Part shown: one piece after another, positions 1 through 14,773 of the stretch | Position numbering within the stretch: position 1 is the first letter of the stretch | Layout: every line of letters begins with the position of its first letter | From: Trichosphaerium sp. ATCC 40318 | Lineage: Eukaryota; Protista; Tubulinea | Direction: 5' to 3' | NCBI GenBank assembly: GCA_038496445.1 | Contig: JALMLS010000446.1 | Coordinates: 62,001 to 126,000 of the forward strand | Length of the DNA: 64,000 nucleotides | Program-made: the position numbers and the translations under genes | Notes under the pieces: model-generated | The model's input: the letters and a program-made list of their open reading frames with translations, nothing else | Databases searched by the model: none | Told to the model about the DNA's origin: nothing

Positions 1-842
1 GATGTCAGAGTTGACGGGAGGATTGAACATTTACAATATCTACGAAGATTGTTATCAATCTGGATTCAAAGCAAAAGGACCAATCTCTAAACTTGAATAC
101 AGAATGCAACAGATCCGTGATAGCAAGAGTAAGCCATAGCCTTGAATTCTTGCTGATATTTCGAAGTCCTATCTTACTCTTCGTTTAGTTCTCAAGGGAG
201 AGGTACCTTGCATCGACAGTAGCCGAGCTCACGCATATTTGAACCAAGTAAGTACAACGTTATAACAGGAATTTGAATGCTTTTGAATTTGGAACATTCA
301 GTAACTTGTTCGTTACAGGATTCTGTTCGTACTGCTTTCCATGCTATACCTGTTTCACAGCAAGAGTGGACAATATGTTCTAACCAAATAGACTACCGTC
401 GTGAAGTATCAAGCACTATTCCTATCCACAAGCAGTTGCTTGCTGCTGGTATAACTTTTTTTTTCTCTTTTTTTTTTAGAATTCTTTATTTCATCCATTT
501 CTGACTTTTCTGAAGGCTACCGTGGTCTTGTGTACTCTGGAGATACTGATATGTGTGTGCCTTACACAGGTTCAGAGGCTTGGACTAAGTCATTAGGCTT
601 CTCTGTGACTAGCCCATGGAGACCATGGACTGTTTCCAAACAAGTCGCTGGGTATGTTGTCTCGTACAAGGGTAGTGGAGGTGAGGACTTGACGTATTGT
701 ACAATCAAAGGGTACGCTAAAATTACAAAGAAAGATTTTCTATTAACCTCTTTTTCATAGTTCTGGACATACAGTACCACAATACAAACCACCTCAAGCA
801 TTTCACTTTTTCGAAAAGTTTTTGGCAAATGAGTCATTTTAA
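1..842 (+). CDS. Serine carboxypeptidase (S10 family), 3' part; gene begins before the window
   Basis: Spliced translation gives LNIYNIYEDC...W(T)ICS...YSGDTDMCVPYTGSEAW...TIKG-SGHTVPQYKP, with the catalytic Asp and His motifs of S10 peptidases. GT-AG introns; TAA at 840-842. Confidence 0.93.
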
Positions 843-906
843 ACAAACACGTGTTTACTCTTTCATAAATGTAACCATTTTAAATAAAAATACCATTCTC
901 ACTCAT

Positions 907-2381
907 TTACCAAACGTCATTTACTGTTGCCGCTAGATAACCAAAAAAGTGGTAGTAAACAATTTAATTGTAGTACAAACCATGTCTTATGGTAGTAGTC
1001 ACGTTTGCAATTGTGTTCGCAATGCCTGACTTTAAATTGATTGACGCAAGTGTAGCTGCTCCTTTGCAGTTTTGAGAATCACAACATACAGTGTAGTAAG
1101 AAGAACTATCAATCGCTCCAGCCAAAGATGTTAATCCGCAAAAACTAAATTGGGGGAAAAAAATGAACACGGTTGTCACGTGATATTAGGAAATAATAAG
1201 TACCCCGAGAATGAAGATCCTAAGAGTGACATTTCGCTTGATGTCGTATTGAATGTAAGTAATTGATTTGTTCCAATAGGTGCACGTGAGTTCAACCCTA
1301 AAATTCAATGTCAAAAATACTGTTCTTTCTTGCCGTTGAAACTGCTGTTGGTACCAATAATAACTCCTCCGTCCGTAGAAGCTAGACCTGCCCATCCATA
1401 CTTAACAGGTGAAAACGTAGCAGATGCACTCTCTACATCACGTGAGTGTTAGAAACTAGCACTTGAAGAAAATAAGATAAAAGACCGTACTAATATCGAA
1501 TCTAGCTAGCTCCCAAGATCCTTCAATATCGCTCACAACCATGTAAATGGATTCAGTAGCTTGAGAATACGTTGAAGATAAAAATTGATTCTTCTCGGTG
1601 CTCGCATTGCCCAGAAAATAAGGTGCTAGTGCCGTAGTCAATATCCCCAAAGAGATTGCTCAAAGTAGTACCTCCTGTCATTCCACTCACAGAGTAAAAC
1701 CGGTAAGAATTACGCCAAGGTTGGTTTCTATCATATACATTTAGAACAAAGGAAAACATGTTCGACGAAACACGCACGTGTACAATTGTTGTATGACGAT
1801 AATTTTTGAACTTGCTTCACTGTAGTGAACAGCAATGGTATGTTGAAACGTGCCAGCTAAAGGCACCGTTTTAATTGACCCAGATCTCAAATCCACTGTA
1901 GCCTGTAAGGCTGTTAGTTGTAAAAGCAGCCAATAAATGAACTCACCAGTACAGATGCATTAGAGGGAAGTTCAAGGATGCAAAACGCGGCTAGAAATCT
2001 CAAAGTTAACAAACATTACAACTGAAATGCTTTAAAACGCGAGGATGAGCTTTAATAGTGACGGATAGCAGAGTGCGTACTTGTGTTGCTTATTGCAGCG
2101 CCTTTAATTTCTGATCTAAGTGTTTGATTGTTAGTTTTCGCTTTCAAAGCGTCAAAAAGGTATACCTACCCTAGAAATGTACTATCAAGGCTGGCAACCG
2201 TTTTTACAGTTCCGGAAGAGGTGTCGACCTTATTAACGTTAGATTCTACTAAATTCGCTATATTACGCACTGATTGGACGGTAGGAGGTGATTTCCCGTC
2301 TTTAGTTGTTGCCCAAAACACAGAGACACTTAACACAAGTACAACGTGCGAGATAAGAATGACAGATGTCAGTACCTTCAT
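907..2381 (-). CDS. Hypothetical secreted/membrane protein, multi-exon
   Basis: Signal-peptide-like N-terminus MKVLTSVILISHVVLVLSVSVFWA, followed by a series of minus-strand GT-AG introns. No recognisable domain; 3' end approximate. Confidence 0.6.
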
Positions 2382-2697
2382 TTTTACACGTAAGAACAGG
2401 TTACAATGACGGTTCACACAAATACGTATTCGTCAAACGAGACCTAAAAGGAAATAAGTACAGTCAAACATGGTCTCCTACAGTTGCATGATAGTAGGAT
2501 TGATCACGTGACGTGTGACCTAAGAACATATCCAACGAATTCGTTTGATGCTTTTTTGACGGAGTACTTTGGGTGATAAGTTCAGAAAGTCACGTGCTTG
2601 CTAGCAACCAATAAATATATTCTAACTTTTAGCAAAGCAATATCTTGTCTAGACTGTATCTATCATACATTGCACTGGTAACGTGACATGGCATATT

Positions 2698-3457
2698 AAT
2701 CTCAAGATAGACCTAGAGACACTCTGTTAAGGTATTAGGTCTATGGGAACAGCCAAAAAAAAACAACGTTTACAGTTAGCAATTGACACTTGGTTGAAAG
2801 AACAACTGTACGCACTGAATGAAGTGGTTCGAACTCGTGATAGAGCTAACAACCAAGAATTTTGGTAGATGTGACACATGTCTATGCTAAACTGCAACTT
2901 CATATTGTATAAAGAGTATCCGTTGCTCAAGAACAAAGACTTAAACTTGTTGACTTTTTGGTTGGTTCACGTGATACAGACTTCCAATTCATACTGACAC
3001 TTTGAATAGATATTGAGTGTTTAATAAGAAGCTGTCAACAAACTATCTCAACCTAGCGTACAAAGAAATTGTGGTGAAAGAGTCAACACGAAATTTGGGA
3101 CTACTGCAATTCAAATTGACACAGTACTGTTTTCACCTATTATTAATACACTGTAAAGTAATGCTACAAGTAGTGTCAGTATTGTAGTTTCTCGATTAAA
3201 GACGGTACCAATGTACACAAGTGTTTTTGGTGATTTTTGACCAAATATGGAAAGCAATTCTTAGTGCCATCAAAAATCGTAAGTTATTGCAGCTACAAGA
3301 ACTTTCCAAATAGCATACTGTTGTACATATTTTAATGACACGCTTACAAGAAATGGATTATAAATTGGAAGTCCTGTCCAAGTTGCATTTAATAAGTGGC
3401 TGAATTAAGAGAATAGAATTTGATGGCCAAAGTTTCAACAGCTGTCAATCTTAGATT
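2698..3457. ncRNA. Putative large folded intergenic element (candidate structured RNA)
   Basis: Nested helices, including perfect 11-bp pairs 2979-2989/3363-3373 and 2991-3001/3172-3182. Confidence 0.5.
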
Positions 3458-3465
3458 TCACAACA

Positions 3466-5707
3466 ATGTTCTCTCGCGCAGCAACTAGCTCTTTGACACG
3501 CTCTCACGTACTAAGAAGGCGTAGAATACACCAAGCGAAGAGAAATGTATCAAGTACGTTGAAAGCCAACTGTTTTATTCGCTGACACTTTAGTCGCTGT
3601 ACCAGGTAAGCGCCATCCACCACATAAATCAGCAGACGAAGCTGTTAAGGTACAGTGTCCAATCGTCATTTCTGTATCTAAAGCTACATTAGATCATCAA
3701 AAGTAACGATAGGGTGTTCGTGCACTCAGTAGCAGCTGCTCCTCAACAGCTTATCGAGTATGGAAGCAATATGAGTGACTTTAAAAAATAACAGAATCTT
3801 TAGCGCTATGGTGGCTCGCGCTGATGAATTACGCAACGTTGAAGTGTGCCACATCCATACAGAAGTACGAAAATACAATTTTAAAACAAAACATTTTCTG
3901 GACTTGTGGGTTACACGTGACATCTAACCTTGAGTTTTTAGAGCACAGCACCATATGTAGAAGAAAAATATAAGGATAGCTTTTTTTCAAACAATTTTTT
4001 CGTTGGTAAGAACGTTAGAAAAGCAATTCATGTACGTTGCTTATCTCGGTTTTAATATGTTTATTGTGTTGATTAATTGCTCACATGTTTTGTTTTATAA
4101 TAGACAGGCAGAGCCGGGTATTTGCCAGTCTTTCTTTCAGAGATTCCAAAGTTGTTTTATGATGGGTACAAGTTCTGAATCCATGCAATTTTGTTGACGT
4201 TTGTATAGATATCTACCTATTGACGTTGCTCTTGTTCAAGTTTCTCCACCTGATAGACATGGATACTGCTCTCTCGGTACGATAGTAGTAAGGAAAGTAA
4301 ACTAAACCGACATTCAGGTGTTTCTGTTGATGCAACATTGAGCGCTGTTGTTTGTGCTAAGCATGTCATCGCTCTAGTAAATCCCCAAATGCCACGCACA
4401 CATGGTACGTACCAAAGAAGAATATAGGGACATTAAGTACATTATAGGTGATGGTATAATCCACGTCAGTGCATTAGATTCAGTAGTGGACGTTGATGCT
4501 CCATTGCCGATTTTACAAAACAAACCACTTTCAGATGTTGAGAAAGCAATTGGACAACATGTGGCTTCAATTATTGAAGATGGTACAATTCTGGAATTAG
4601 ATTAATATAAAGCTTGCTTATTGACTCACAACTTTGTCTCTAAATATGGATTTACTAGGAGCAACACTTCAAATGGGTATTGGATCTATTCCGAATGCAG
4701 TCCTCGCTTCTCTTGGTAATCACAAAGGTACAAACAAAAACACGTGTTTGATAGTTAAGTACTTGTAGGTCTCGGTGTTCATACAGAGATGTTTTCTGAA
4801 GGTGTCATCGATTTGGTAGAATCAGGAGTTATTACTAATATCCACAACTGAAACTTTCCTTTTTTTTTCTTCTTTTTTTTATGTTGTACCTTAACATTCG
4901 ATAAATGAACATAAAGTTCAACACAAAAATGTAACTGTTGGAAGTTTCATAATGGGTACCTCACGTCTTCGCATTCCAATTTTCTAACACCTTTTCTAGG
5001 ATCTCAGCGGATGTATGATTTTATTGATGCTAATCCTGCAGTCATATTAAACCGTGTGGAGGTAAACAATGCTCTTTTTATCTTAAATTTAGTAAATATT
5101 GTTTAGGAAGTAAACAATCCCACAATTATTGCAACAAACCCCAAAGTCACTGCCATAAACTCCGCTATTGAAATAGATTTGACTGGTCAGATATGTGCCG
5201 ATTCTATTGGGGGCTTAATCTTTTCTGGTGTCGGTGGCCAAATGGACTGTACGTCGAACATCCAAACCAAAGCATTCTTTCGTATTTTTTTCTTAACTTG
5301 TCACTTAAGTCATGAGAGCTGCTGCAATATCAAAAGGAGGAAAACCTATAATCGCTTTACCTTCAACAACAAAATCTGGTGCATCCAAAATAGTACCAAT
5401 GCTTAAACCTGGTGCAGGTACATACCATAAATAATCCTAAATTCCAACACCAAAAATGTCGTTGAGTTTTTTTTCTTCGAGTCACATCGATACATCGGGA
5501 CTAATTTTTGCTTTTGTAGGTGTTGTAACTACACGTGCACATTGTCATTACGTTGTAACTGAATACGGCGTAGCAAACTTGTTTGGTAAAAACCTACAAC
5601 AACGCCAACAAGAATTGGCTCGTATTGCTCATCCTGATCACCGAGCAGAGCTCTTAGAGGAAAGATACTGGATGCACCCTTGTTCTAATGGTCATGAAAA
5701 ACAATAA
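3466..5707 (+). CDS. Acetyl-CoA hydrolase/transferase family protein (4-hydroxybutyrate/succinate CoA-transferase-like), mitochondrial presequence
   Basis: Motifs VSPPDRHGYCSLGVSVD, LQMGIGSIPNAV, GVHTEMFS, SGVGGQMDF and HYVVTEYGVANLFGK. Arg/Ser-rich N-terminus MFSRAATSSLTRSHVLRRRR. Confidence 0.95.
4838..4904 (+). other. U12-type (minor spliceosome) intron, AT-AA (alternative AT-AC end at 4910)
   Basis: 5' end ATATCCAC and branch point CCTTAAC at 4889-4895. An in-frame TGA must be removed, and no GT-AG pair preserves the conserved GVIDLVESGVITN-xx-K segment. Confidence 0.75.
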
Positions 5708-6247
5708 ATATTGCAACTGATCATACTAGAACTGTTTTTTCCCCTTCGCGACTTTTGTTTACTGGTATGTAATACCATCCGTGATCACTATTTCTAACGC
5801 AATACTTCAAAGTTACTCTTCAATTCAACGAAAAATATGACTTTATATTTCGCTACCTGTACCTAACACAGGAAATAAAACCACGAATTGTCACGTGAAT
5901 ATGAAACAGTAGAATGCAATCGCAGTAAGGCATAAAACAGTTGAAGTGAAAAGGGAACAAGAACACGGTTTGAGTCAACTGGTACGGTATACGTACAATA
6001 CTCATGTGCTGCTTCATTGCTTTGGCAGTTTCGTTACAAAACTACACTGTGTCACGTTGAGGCTTGTTTTTTTCATACTAACAGCTTTTAATGGTTCCAT
6101 GAGGTAATACATAGACCGGGATAAATGTTTTTGAAACGGAGAAACAGTTGTGAAACTATTGGTCACAAAAAACTTCATTATTCAAAAACATCAATCCCTT
6201 TAACAACAAATCAAAAATAGAACACTAAATTATCAAAATAACAAAAA

Positions 6248-7192
6248 ATGGATATCCTTGCATCTCTCAGAAACGCAGCAGACAAAGCTCAAGTCACTGA
6301 TGCTCAAAAAGGTCACATCAATGATTTGCTAAGGGATGCTCTAACAGATGCCGAAAAAGATATAGCAGAAGCTGTAAAGATACTTGAGGGTATCAGCACT
6401 TATTTATTTATGTCGTTATTTAACCTTCCCTTTTGTAGAGGTTAAGACCATCGCTAGTGCCAAGAAAATTGGATGGCATGTAAAATTGCTAAAGAAGAAA
6501 GTTCAACTGGACAAATACGTAGATGTACATACACTTCAAAGGTGTCACTTTATCCCTACTAAACTTTAATTGTTAGGCTGAGGAAGCTCGTAAAGAGAAG
6601 GTATTGGATAAAATTGAAGGCTTTCTCACTGTCGAACAACGTGTAAGTCTTCTTTTGTAAAAAACCACAAAGACTCAAGTATTGAATTCATTTTACTGAC
6701 ACGTGTTGTCAACAGGCAAATCTACTCATTTACATTGGTGAACAACTACACGAAAATGATGATATAGGTCCACCAGCTGTTGTTTTGAAAGCAATTAAAA
6801 GCGTTGAGCCTGAATTGAAACTAAAAGACAAGCAACAAAAAAAGAAAGACAAACTCTTGAAGGTGCACTCAACAATAAACAAAAGCCACAAACAAAACCA
6901 CTATCTAACAGTTCTCTTTCCTCAGTTTATAGCTGACAAGCAAACTAGAGGGCTTGCTCGTATTGATCCTTTAATGGCATCACTCAAAGAAGCAGTTGAT
7001 AAGGATGACATGGCTGCGACAGAAGTTATTTTTAGACAAATAAAGGGGGAAGTGAAGGATATAAAGAAAACCCGTAAGGCAGTCATAGATGAAATGAAAT
7101 CAGTCTTTGACCCAGAACAAATGGCTACTATTATGATTTATCTCATGACCAACGAATTGGAAACAATGAATGTTGCACTTGCTGCTATTTAA
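6248..7192 (+). CDS. All-helical protein with two tandem Spy/CpxP (LTXXQ)-like units
   Basis: Unit 1 is VTDAQKGHIN...KIEGFLTVEQR and unit 2 is LKLKDKQQ...EMKSVFDPEQM. Four GT-AG introns; no signal peptide. Confidence 0.6.
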
Positions 7193-7290
7193 GCATAGAA
7201 CTTTACTATGTAGATATCTCTTACAGTCTCAATAAACAACCAAAAGTGACTTTATGAATATTTCCTGAGATCCAAAATATTTATCGACCA

Positions 7291-8943
7291 TTACAACCCA
7301 TTACCAGTCAACTAGACAATTACAAAAGCCAATGCACCCTTTAATATGATTAGTGAAACGATCACATGCACGATTTCAATGAACAAAAAATACAAAAAAT
7401 AACGCACATACTATTGATTCGGCATCAAATCGATATCGTCTTGGTTTTGAATGTCAAATACCTTTAATATTAGATTCGTGTCATCACTATGTCATAGAGA
7501 GATTCTCACTTCATAGTTTGTAATTGTGATGTATAGAAGCTACGTGGAGCCTTTTTTGATCGACTTATCTTATGATTTAAAATTCCTTTCATAGTCACAC
7601 GTCTACGCCTATTACGCGATAACATATGAAGCAAAATGTCCCTTATATCATCTGAAACGTTACTAGGAATACGCAGAGCACCATGTTTAATGTTATTACG
7701 AATCTTATCCTCCTATAAACTCTTATTTTTAGACTTTAATAAGTCTTACAGTAAAACGTACTGTATCTCCACTAAAAGGATATCTTCCAGTGACAAGCAT
7801 GTACAAGCTGAAAGAATGGATTTAATCAAACACGATTCGAAGTAAAACAGAAGTGGTTTGAAGAAACAAGCCTCTCAGAGATTGGCGAGCTTTGTACTTA
7901 CGATGGACATACAAAAAGGATGTTATGAAACTGAAGAAACGTACCAAACTCCCAAGCTCCATATATCCTCGTGAGTACCAATATACGGTTTTCCGTCAAG
8001 CATTGACGGACTACAATATTGAAGTGTGCCTCTCATAGACGTAAAAGGCTAAACCATAACTTAAAATGAAGTGTTGTAATCTCAAAGAGTTGCATACACG
8101 TTTTGGGTCTATGAAACCACAATGATTAAAGTCGATCAACTAAGGAATTGTAAGACAGATTGCAGCATGCTACACGACTAACGGCGTCTGGATTGGAACC
8201 AAAAAAAACGCTTCAAGAAACTGCAGTTCGTACTTTCAACGAACCGTCCTCTCCAATCTACGACGCACAGAGTAAACGAGTAAACAAGCAACTCAAAAAA
8301 CAAATCTAAAAAGTTTACCACAAAATTGTCGAGTTTGACATCTAAATGAGCAATTCCAGACTTGTGACATGTATCAACAGCGTTTAACATGTCCGAGAAT
8401 AGTAATCGAATTTGGTCATCCGAGAGTGTTTTCTTACCTGTTCTTTGGTTCAGTTTTATCTAGTATAGGACTATGGATAGCTCACTCTTTGTTTTAACGT
8501 TGTAAAATGTCATTAAATCGCAAACACATCGTTCGAGCACTAAACAAACGTCGGTCGCGTACTCAATTACGGCAATTAAACGACAAACGCTGCTAGAAGC
8601 AATCAAAGCCTCGTGTGCCCTTATTTCGCTTGTTTGACGACAAAGACCATTCTATGCGCGTTGTTAGCGATTAGAATGGCGCTACGGATGCTTGCTTCTT
8701 CACATTCAATACTAGTTTTTTTCCGTTGCTTTATAATCACTTTATGGAGCTTGTACTCAGCACTATATTGTTAATTCATGAAGTAGAAAACTAAAAACGC
8801 ACATAAACACCCCAGGGGATATTTCTGTTCCCAGTTGTACGTTTTTATCGTCAAATAAGCTGAATTTAAATTAAACAAAAAGAACCTCAACGGATTTACT
8901 TTTTAGCACCGCTGGCATCGAAGTGTACGCCATCACCCAACAT
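7291..8943 (-). CDS. Divergent Ser/Thr protein kinase (CAMK-like)
   Basis: VIIK lysine, AHLDVKLDNF catalytic loop, LIDFN (DFG variant), RGTLQYCSP, DIWSLG, LYMLVTGRYPF. No clear Gly-rich loop; 3' end approximate. Confidence 0.85.
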
Positions 8944-9049
8944 ATGGCGCAGTAGCGCCGAATTTGATATTACAGAGACGTTCTTATCGTCGTTGAGACT
9001 TGTGTTTTCACAATTTTTACAAATTTTAGTAATTTCCACATACAGCGTA

Positions 9050-11374
9050 ATGCAAGCAACACTTGGCGTAAAACGCAAGCGGGAGCCACCTAACATATTA
9101 CGTGGTGACAGAAAACGCCGTAGAGCAACATTTAGAGGTAAAGTTTTGGATAAAAGGTTGATCTTCGTTTTTTGAAATAAGATCTCTGTTACACCTTCTT
9201 GACAGACCTTATAAATACGCTCAAATCATCGAAAAATAGCTTTTGTAATTATAAAGAGTGTAGTTCGTTATTTGTACACGCAAAAAAAAAAGATCGGCAG
9301 GGTGTTGGCTGAAATCGCACTAAACGTACTTTAGATGTACTATGCTTGCTCCCACGAGAGATATGGCAAGAAATTCTGATGTATTGCTGTATGGATTTCG
9401 ACACTGTCAAAGCGGCGTCTCAAGTGTGTAGCGTATGGAGACATATAACGGCGAAGCTGGTACGCACCCCTTTTTACTGCAGACTTGAATTACACCTTCA
9501 CCCAAAACAAAAACAAAAAAAAAAAATTTGTTTTACAAAACAGTCCTTTCGCCCTTTTTTTTCCTTTTTCTCGTTTCCTCCTTTGTAATCTTTATCAATA
9601 ACTTACTTATTATCTTTTCATAGCCGTTAGCTTACCGCCCACACAGACAAAGAGTCGCATCACCAAATTTTCCAACGACTTTAAAAACTATTCCTGTACA
9701 TTTCAAAAACGTCGTTGCTGTGCGTTTACCAGCATTACCATACAAACACAGAGGCGTAGAACAAGTATTCGAGTCTCTACACTCATTTAAAGGCTATCTA
9801 AAAAAATTAACAATCGATGTCCGTGGGGAGCCACAGATGCAGCCATTTTTACATACAGTAGAACAAACACAGTATTATAACCATATTCACCAAAAATGGC
9901 CTGAACTGTTTGGCGTACGTGTTGGAAAGAGGCGATTTCTTCTTTTTTCTGTTTTTTTTTCCGATTTTTTTTTTTTTCAGTTTTTTTCTGTACTTACAGC
10001 ATCAAAAATTAATTCAATTTTGTTCTTTAGAGTTTACAATGCTTAACATCGCTTGAGAGTCTTACTATTTCTGGTCTGACTTCGCAGTCTTTTTCTGGGG
10101 TTTCTAAAATCACTTCACTCACTTCATTGACATTACGAAGTAGTCAACCAAGTTCGAATCGTAATGGTCATTTATTTGCTAGGTACGCTTTTTGCTACAT
10201 TTTTTTTTTTGGACGTGACCAAAACAGGAATTAACAAAACGCGTTTTTTCAAGAATGATGACGTTTTTATTTTTATTCGTTCATTATCTCTCATTCCAAT
10301 TATTTTTTTTTTCTATTCGTTTATGTGATGAAACTATCTCCAGAGCCTTATGAAATTCTTTGAGTATGAAAGGAGTTTCTGATAAATGTTTTTTTTAAAT
10401 TATTATTCACTTGTTTCGGCGCTGTCTTTTTTCTTTGCTTGTCACAACTTTTTTCGCTGATGAATTTTCTTAAGGCCACCTCCGCCCAGGAATAATTTTG
10501 TGCCACGGCTTCAAGGTGCATTTGAACTACATAACTTGAACCACTTGACATCGTTGGTACGTATCTAAAACTAGAAAAAATATCATTTTCCCTCTTTTTT
10601 TGAATTATCTGCCAGTACTCATTCATTCAACTAGACGAATCTGAAAACGCTTAATATTGCTTTAAAGAGATGCTCTGGTAGCAGTGTTGTAAATTTTTTA
10701 TCAAGCCTGACGAATCTAAAAGAACTGAGTATTAACACGGCTTATAAACTCTCACAGTTCCTATCACCTTCAATAAGAGGAAAATTAACTAAACTCAAAG
10801 TCACGTGTATAAAGAATACAAATGAGCTTAGTATTATTGGAGATTGTACAAACTTGACGAATCTAAGTATGCGTAAAGGAGCAACAAGAGAGTTTATTAA
10901 TCACGTTCTTAAACTCAAAAAATTGGAAAATTTGACTCTTACGAGATCGAATGAAGCTGGTGATTCACTTGTTGGTGAAGCTTTTGATGATAGTGATTTA
11001 TACAGGCTGGCTTCTTTGAAGAATTTAAGACATTTATGTGTTAGAAGTGATGGAGTTACAATTCAGGGTCTTTTAAAGTTTGCCAAGGCTGCTTCTTTGG
11101 AGTCTTTGACTATTTATGATAGACCTTATTTACGATTACCTGTTGAGTGGATATCAGAGTTATTCGCTACAACACGTACACAAGTGCTCAAGATTTGGCC
11201 AGAGACAAAAACAAAAAGCATTGTACGTCATCCATTTTTTTGACTTTTTTCTGTTGTTTTCTCTTTCAATGATTTGTTTGCTTATTTTTCTTTTTTTAGA
11301 GCCAATTGTCTAGAGCGTTATGGTCACATGGTCTCAAAGTTATTGCTGAGAATCCAACAACAATAACAAAATAA
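9050..11374 (+). CDS. F-box + leucine-rich repeat protein
   Basis: F-box LLPREIWQEILMY...ASQVCSVWR followed by LxxLxL repeats (LKKLTI, LTSLESLTI, LKELSI, LENLTL, LRHLCV). Multi-exon. Confidence 0.85.
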
Positions 11375-11546
11375 ATAAAATTGTACATTATGAAAGAAAT
11401 CACGTGTTTTGTTGCTTTACCTAGCGAACGACTTCAATAATTTTTTGAGACACCAGTTTGTTAAAAAGCGCAAGGTGAAAAAAGTGTATCTTTATGTTTC
11501 AAAAATGTATTACATTTTACTCAAATGGCTGAGATGTACAAAAAAT

Positions 11547-13104
<1,558 letters not shown>

Positions 13105-13484
13105 TTTGCTATGATTTACTGGTATGTCAAAGTAAAACACTAAAATGTGAAAAAAACTAATTGAAATTAACGGTTTGCACTCATTACGTTGGTACTAACT
13201 GGAAATGGTTCTAAAGGTATCTATTTGGTATAGTAGAGTGTTGGTAAGTAAGTTGGCGAGAAAACGTCTGAATTTGGAATGAGTTTTCGGTAGAATTATT
13301 TAACCACACGTGGCAAGCTGTAAAGTAACATCACCAAAGACTATTCAGGATATTTGTTTAAAATTAAGTGCGTATCGTTGCTAATCAGGAAAGGAGGCGA
13401 AATTATCAAATGTATTCAACAAATCTTTTTTATCTTACTTTTAACACAGCCCACACGCTATATTTTAGCTTATAGTGAAACGTC

Positions 13485-14773
13485 ATGGATCCTTCAGTAC
13501 CAACTTTTATGAAGTTCGTGGTTGGTGGCGCCGCTGGTATGTAGTGTGACGCGCTGCGTATTTAAGGATGCCCTTGATACGTTTTATGGCGTTTAATAAC
13601 TTTAAACACATTTATTAACGTATATGGCTACAGGTTGTTCTGGGTGGATGTTTGTACACCCAATGGATGTCACAAAGCTTCGTATGCAAATATCTGGAGA
13701 AGGTAGTGCTGTGAGACCTCACTTGTCTGTACGCTTCATTTTCGAGTATATTTGCGTTCTAACTCACTAAATAGACAGTCGTAAAGGATATTTGGGCAAG
13801 GGAAGGTATTAAAGGTTTCTACTCGGGTACGCTTCCCATGTAGTACAGAACTTGCATATAATGACCTCTGACAGGTTTATCTCCTGCAATTGCGCGTCAA
13901 CTGTCGTATGGCACATTGAGACTTGGAATCTACGACAGCATGCGTGATTCTCTTTCAAACGGCTCTGAACCGCTGCCTTTGTGGAAGAAAGCCATCAGTG
14001 GACTGACTGCAGGCGCTATCGCTGCTTCTGTCGCTACACCTGTCGAAGTCTGTCTTGTGCGTATGCAGGCAGATGGTAAACTCCCGCCAGAAAAAAGACG
14101 TGGCTACAAGGGATTTGGAGATGCATTAAGGAGAATAGCAACTGAAGAAGGAATAACAGCATATTGGCGTGGCGCTACGCCTACTGTAGTGCGTGCTATG
14201 ATTGTATCAATGGTGCGGGAATTACCTAAAATACTACGTAACGAATGGTTAATGGCTTGTAGGTACAACTAGCAACGTATGATCAAGCCAAACACATCTA
14301 TTTGAATTTCGGTTTATTTTCTTCTCCAACTTCCGTCAGTCTTCATTTCGCTGCTTCTCTTACTTCTGGATTTCTTTATTCTCTAGCGTCGTTACCTTTA
14401 GATATCTCCAAGACAAGGTAAGTAAAATATAACAGAAGTCCAGTTATATTCTCTGAAATATATGTTTGTGTCTTTTGTGTCACGTGACAAGTATTTATAT
14501 CTCTACAAAAAAATCCGAAAAAAAAAAGCCAAAAAAAATACGTTGTTGATTGTTTTCTGTAGGATGCAGTATCAACAAAAATTACCAGATGGTACACTTA
14601 GATATAAGAACGTTTTTCAGACAGTTGCTGTTATTGCAACAAAAGAGAGTCCTACAGCATTATGGAAGGGATTCTTACCTTATTTTATGAGAAGTGGTGG
14701 TCATACTATTCTAATGTTCTTGTTCTTGGAGCAATATAGAAATATAGCAAACTCAATGTTTGTAAGAGATTAG
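13485..14773 (+). CDS. Mitochondrial carrier (SLC25), 2-oxoglutarate/malate or dicarboxylate carrier-like
   Basis: Three carrier signatures (PMDVTKLRMQ, PVEVCLVRMQADG, PLDISKTRMQ) plus RQLSYGTLR and RSGGHT. Confidence 0.95.
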
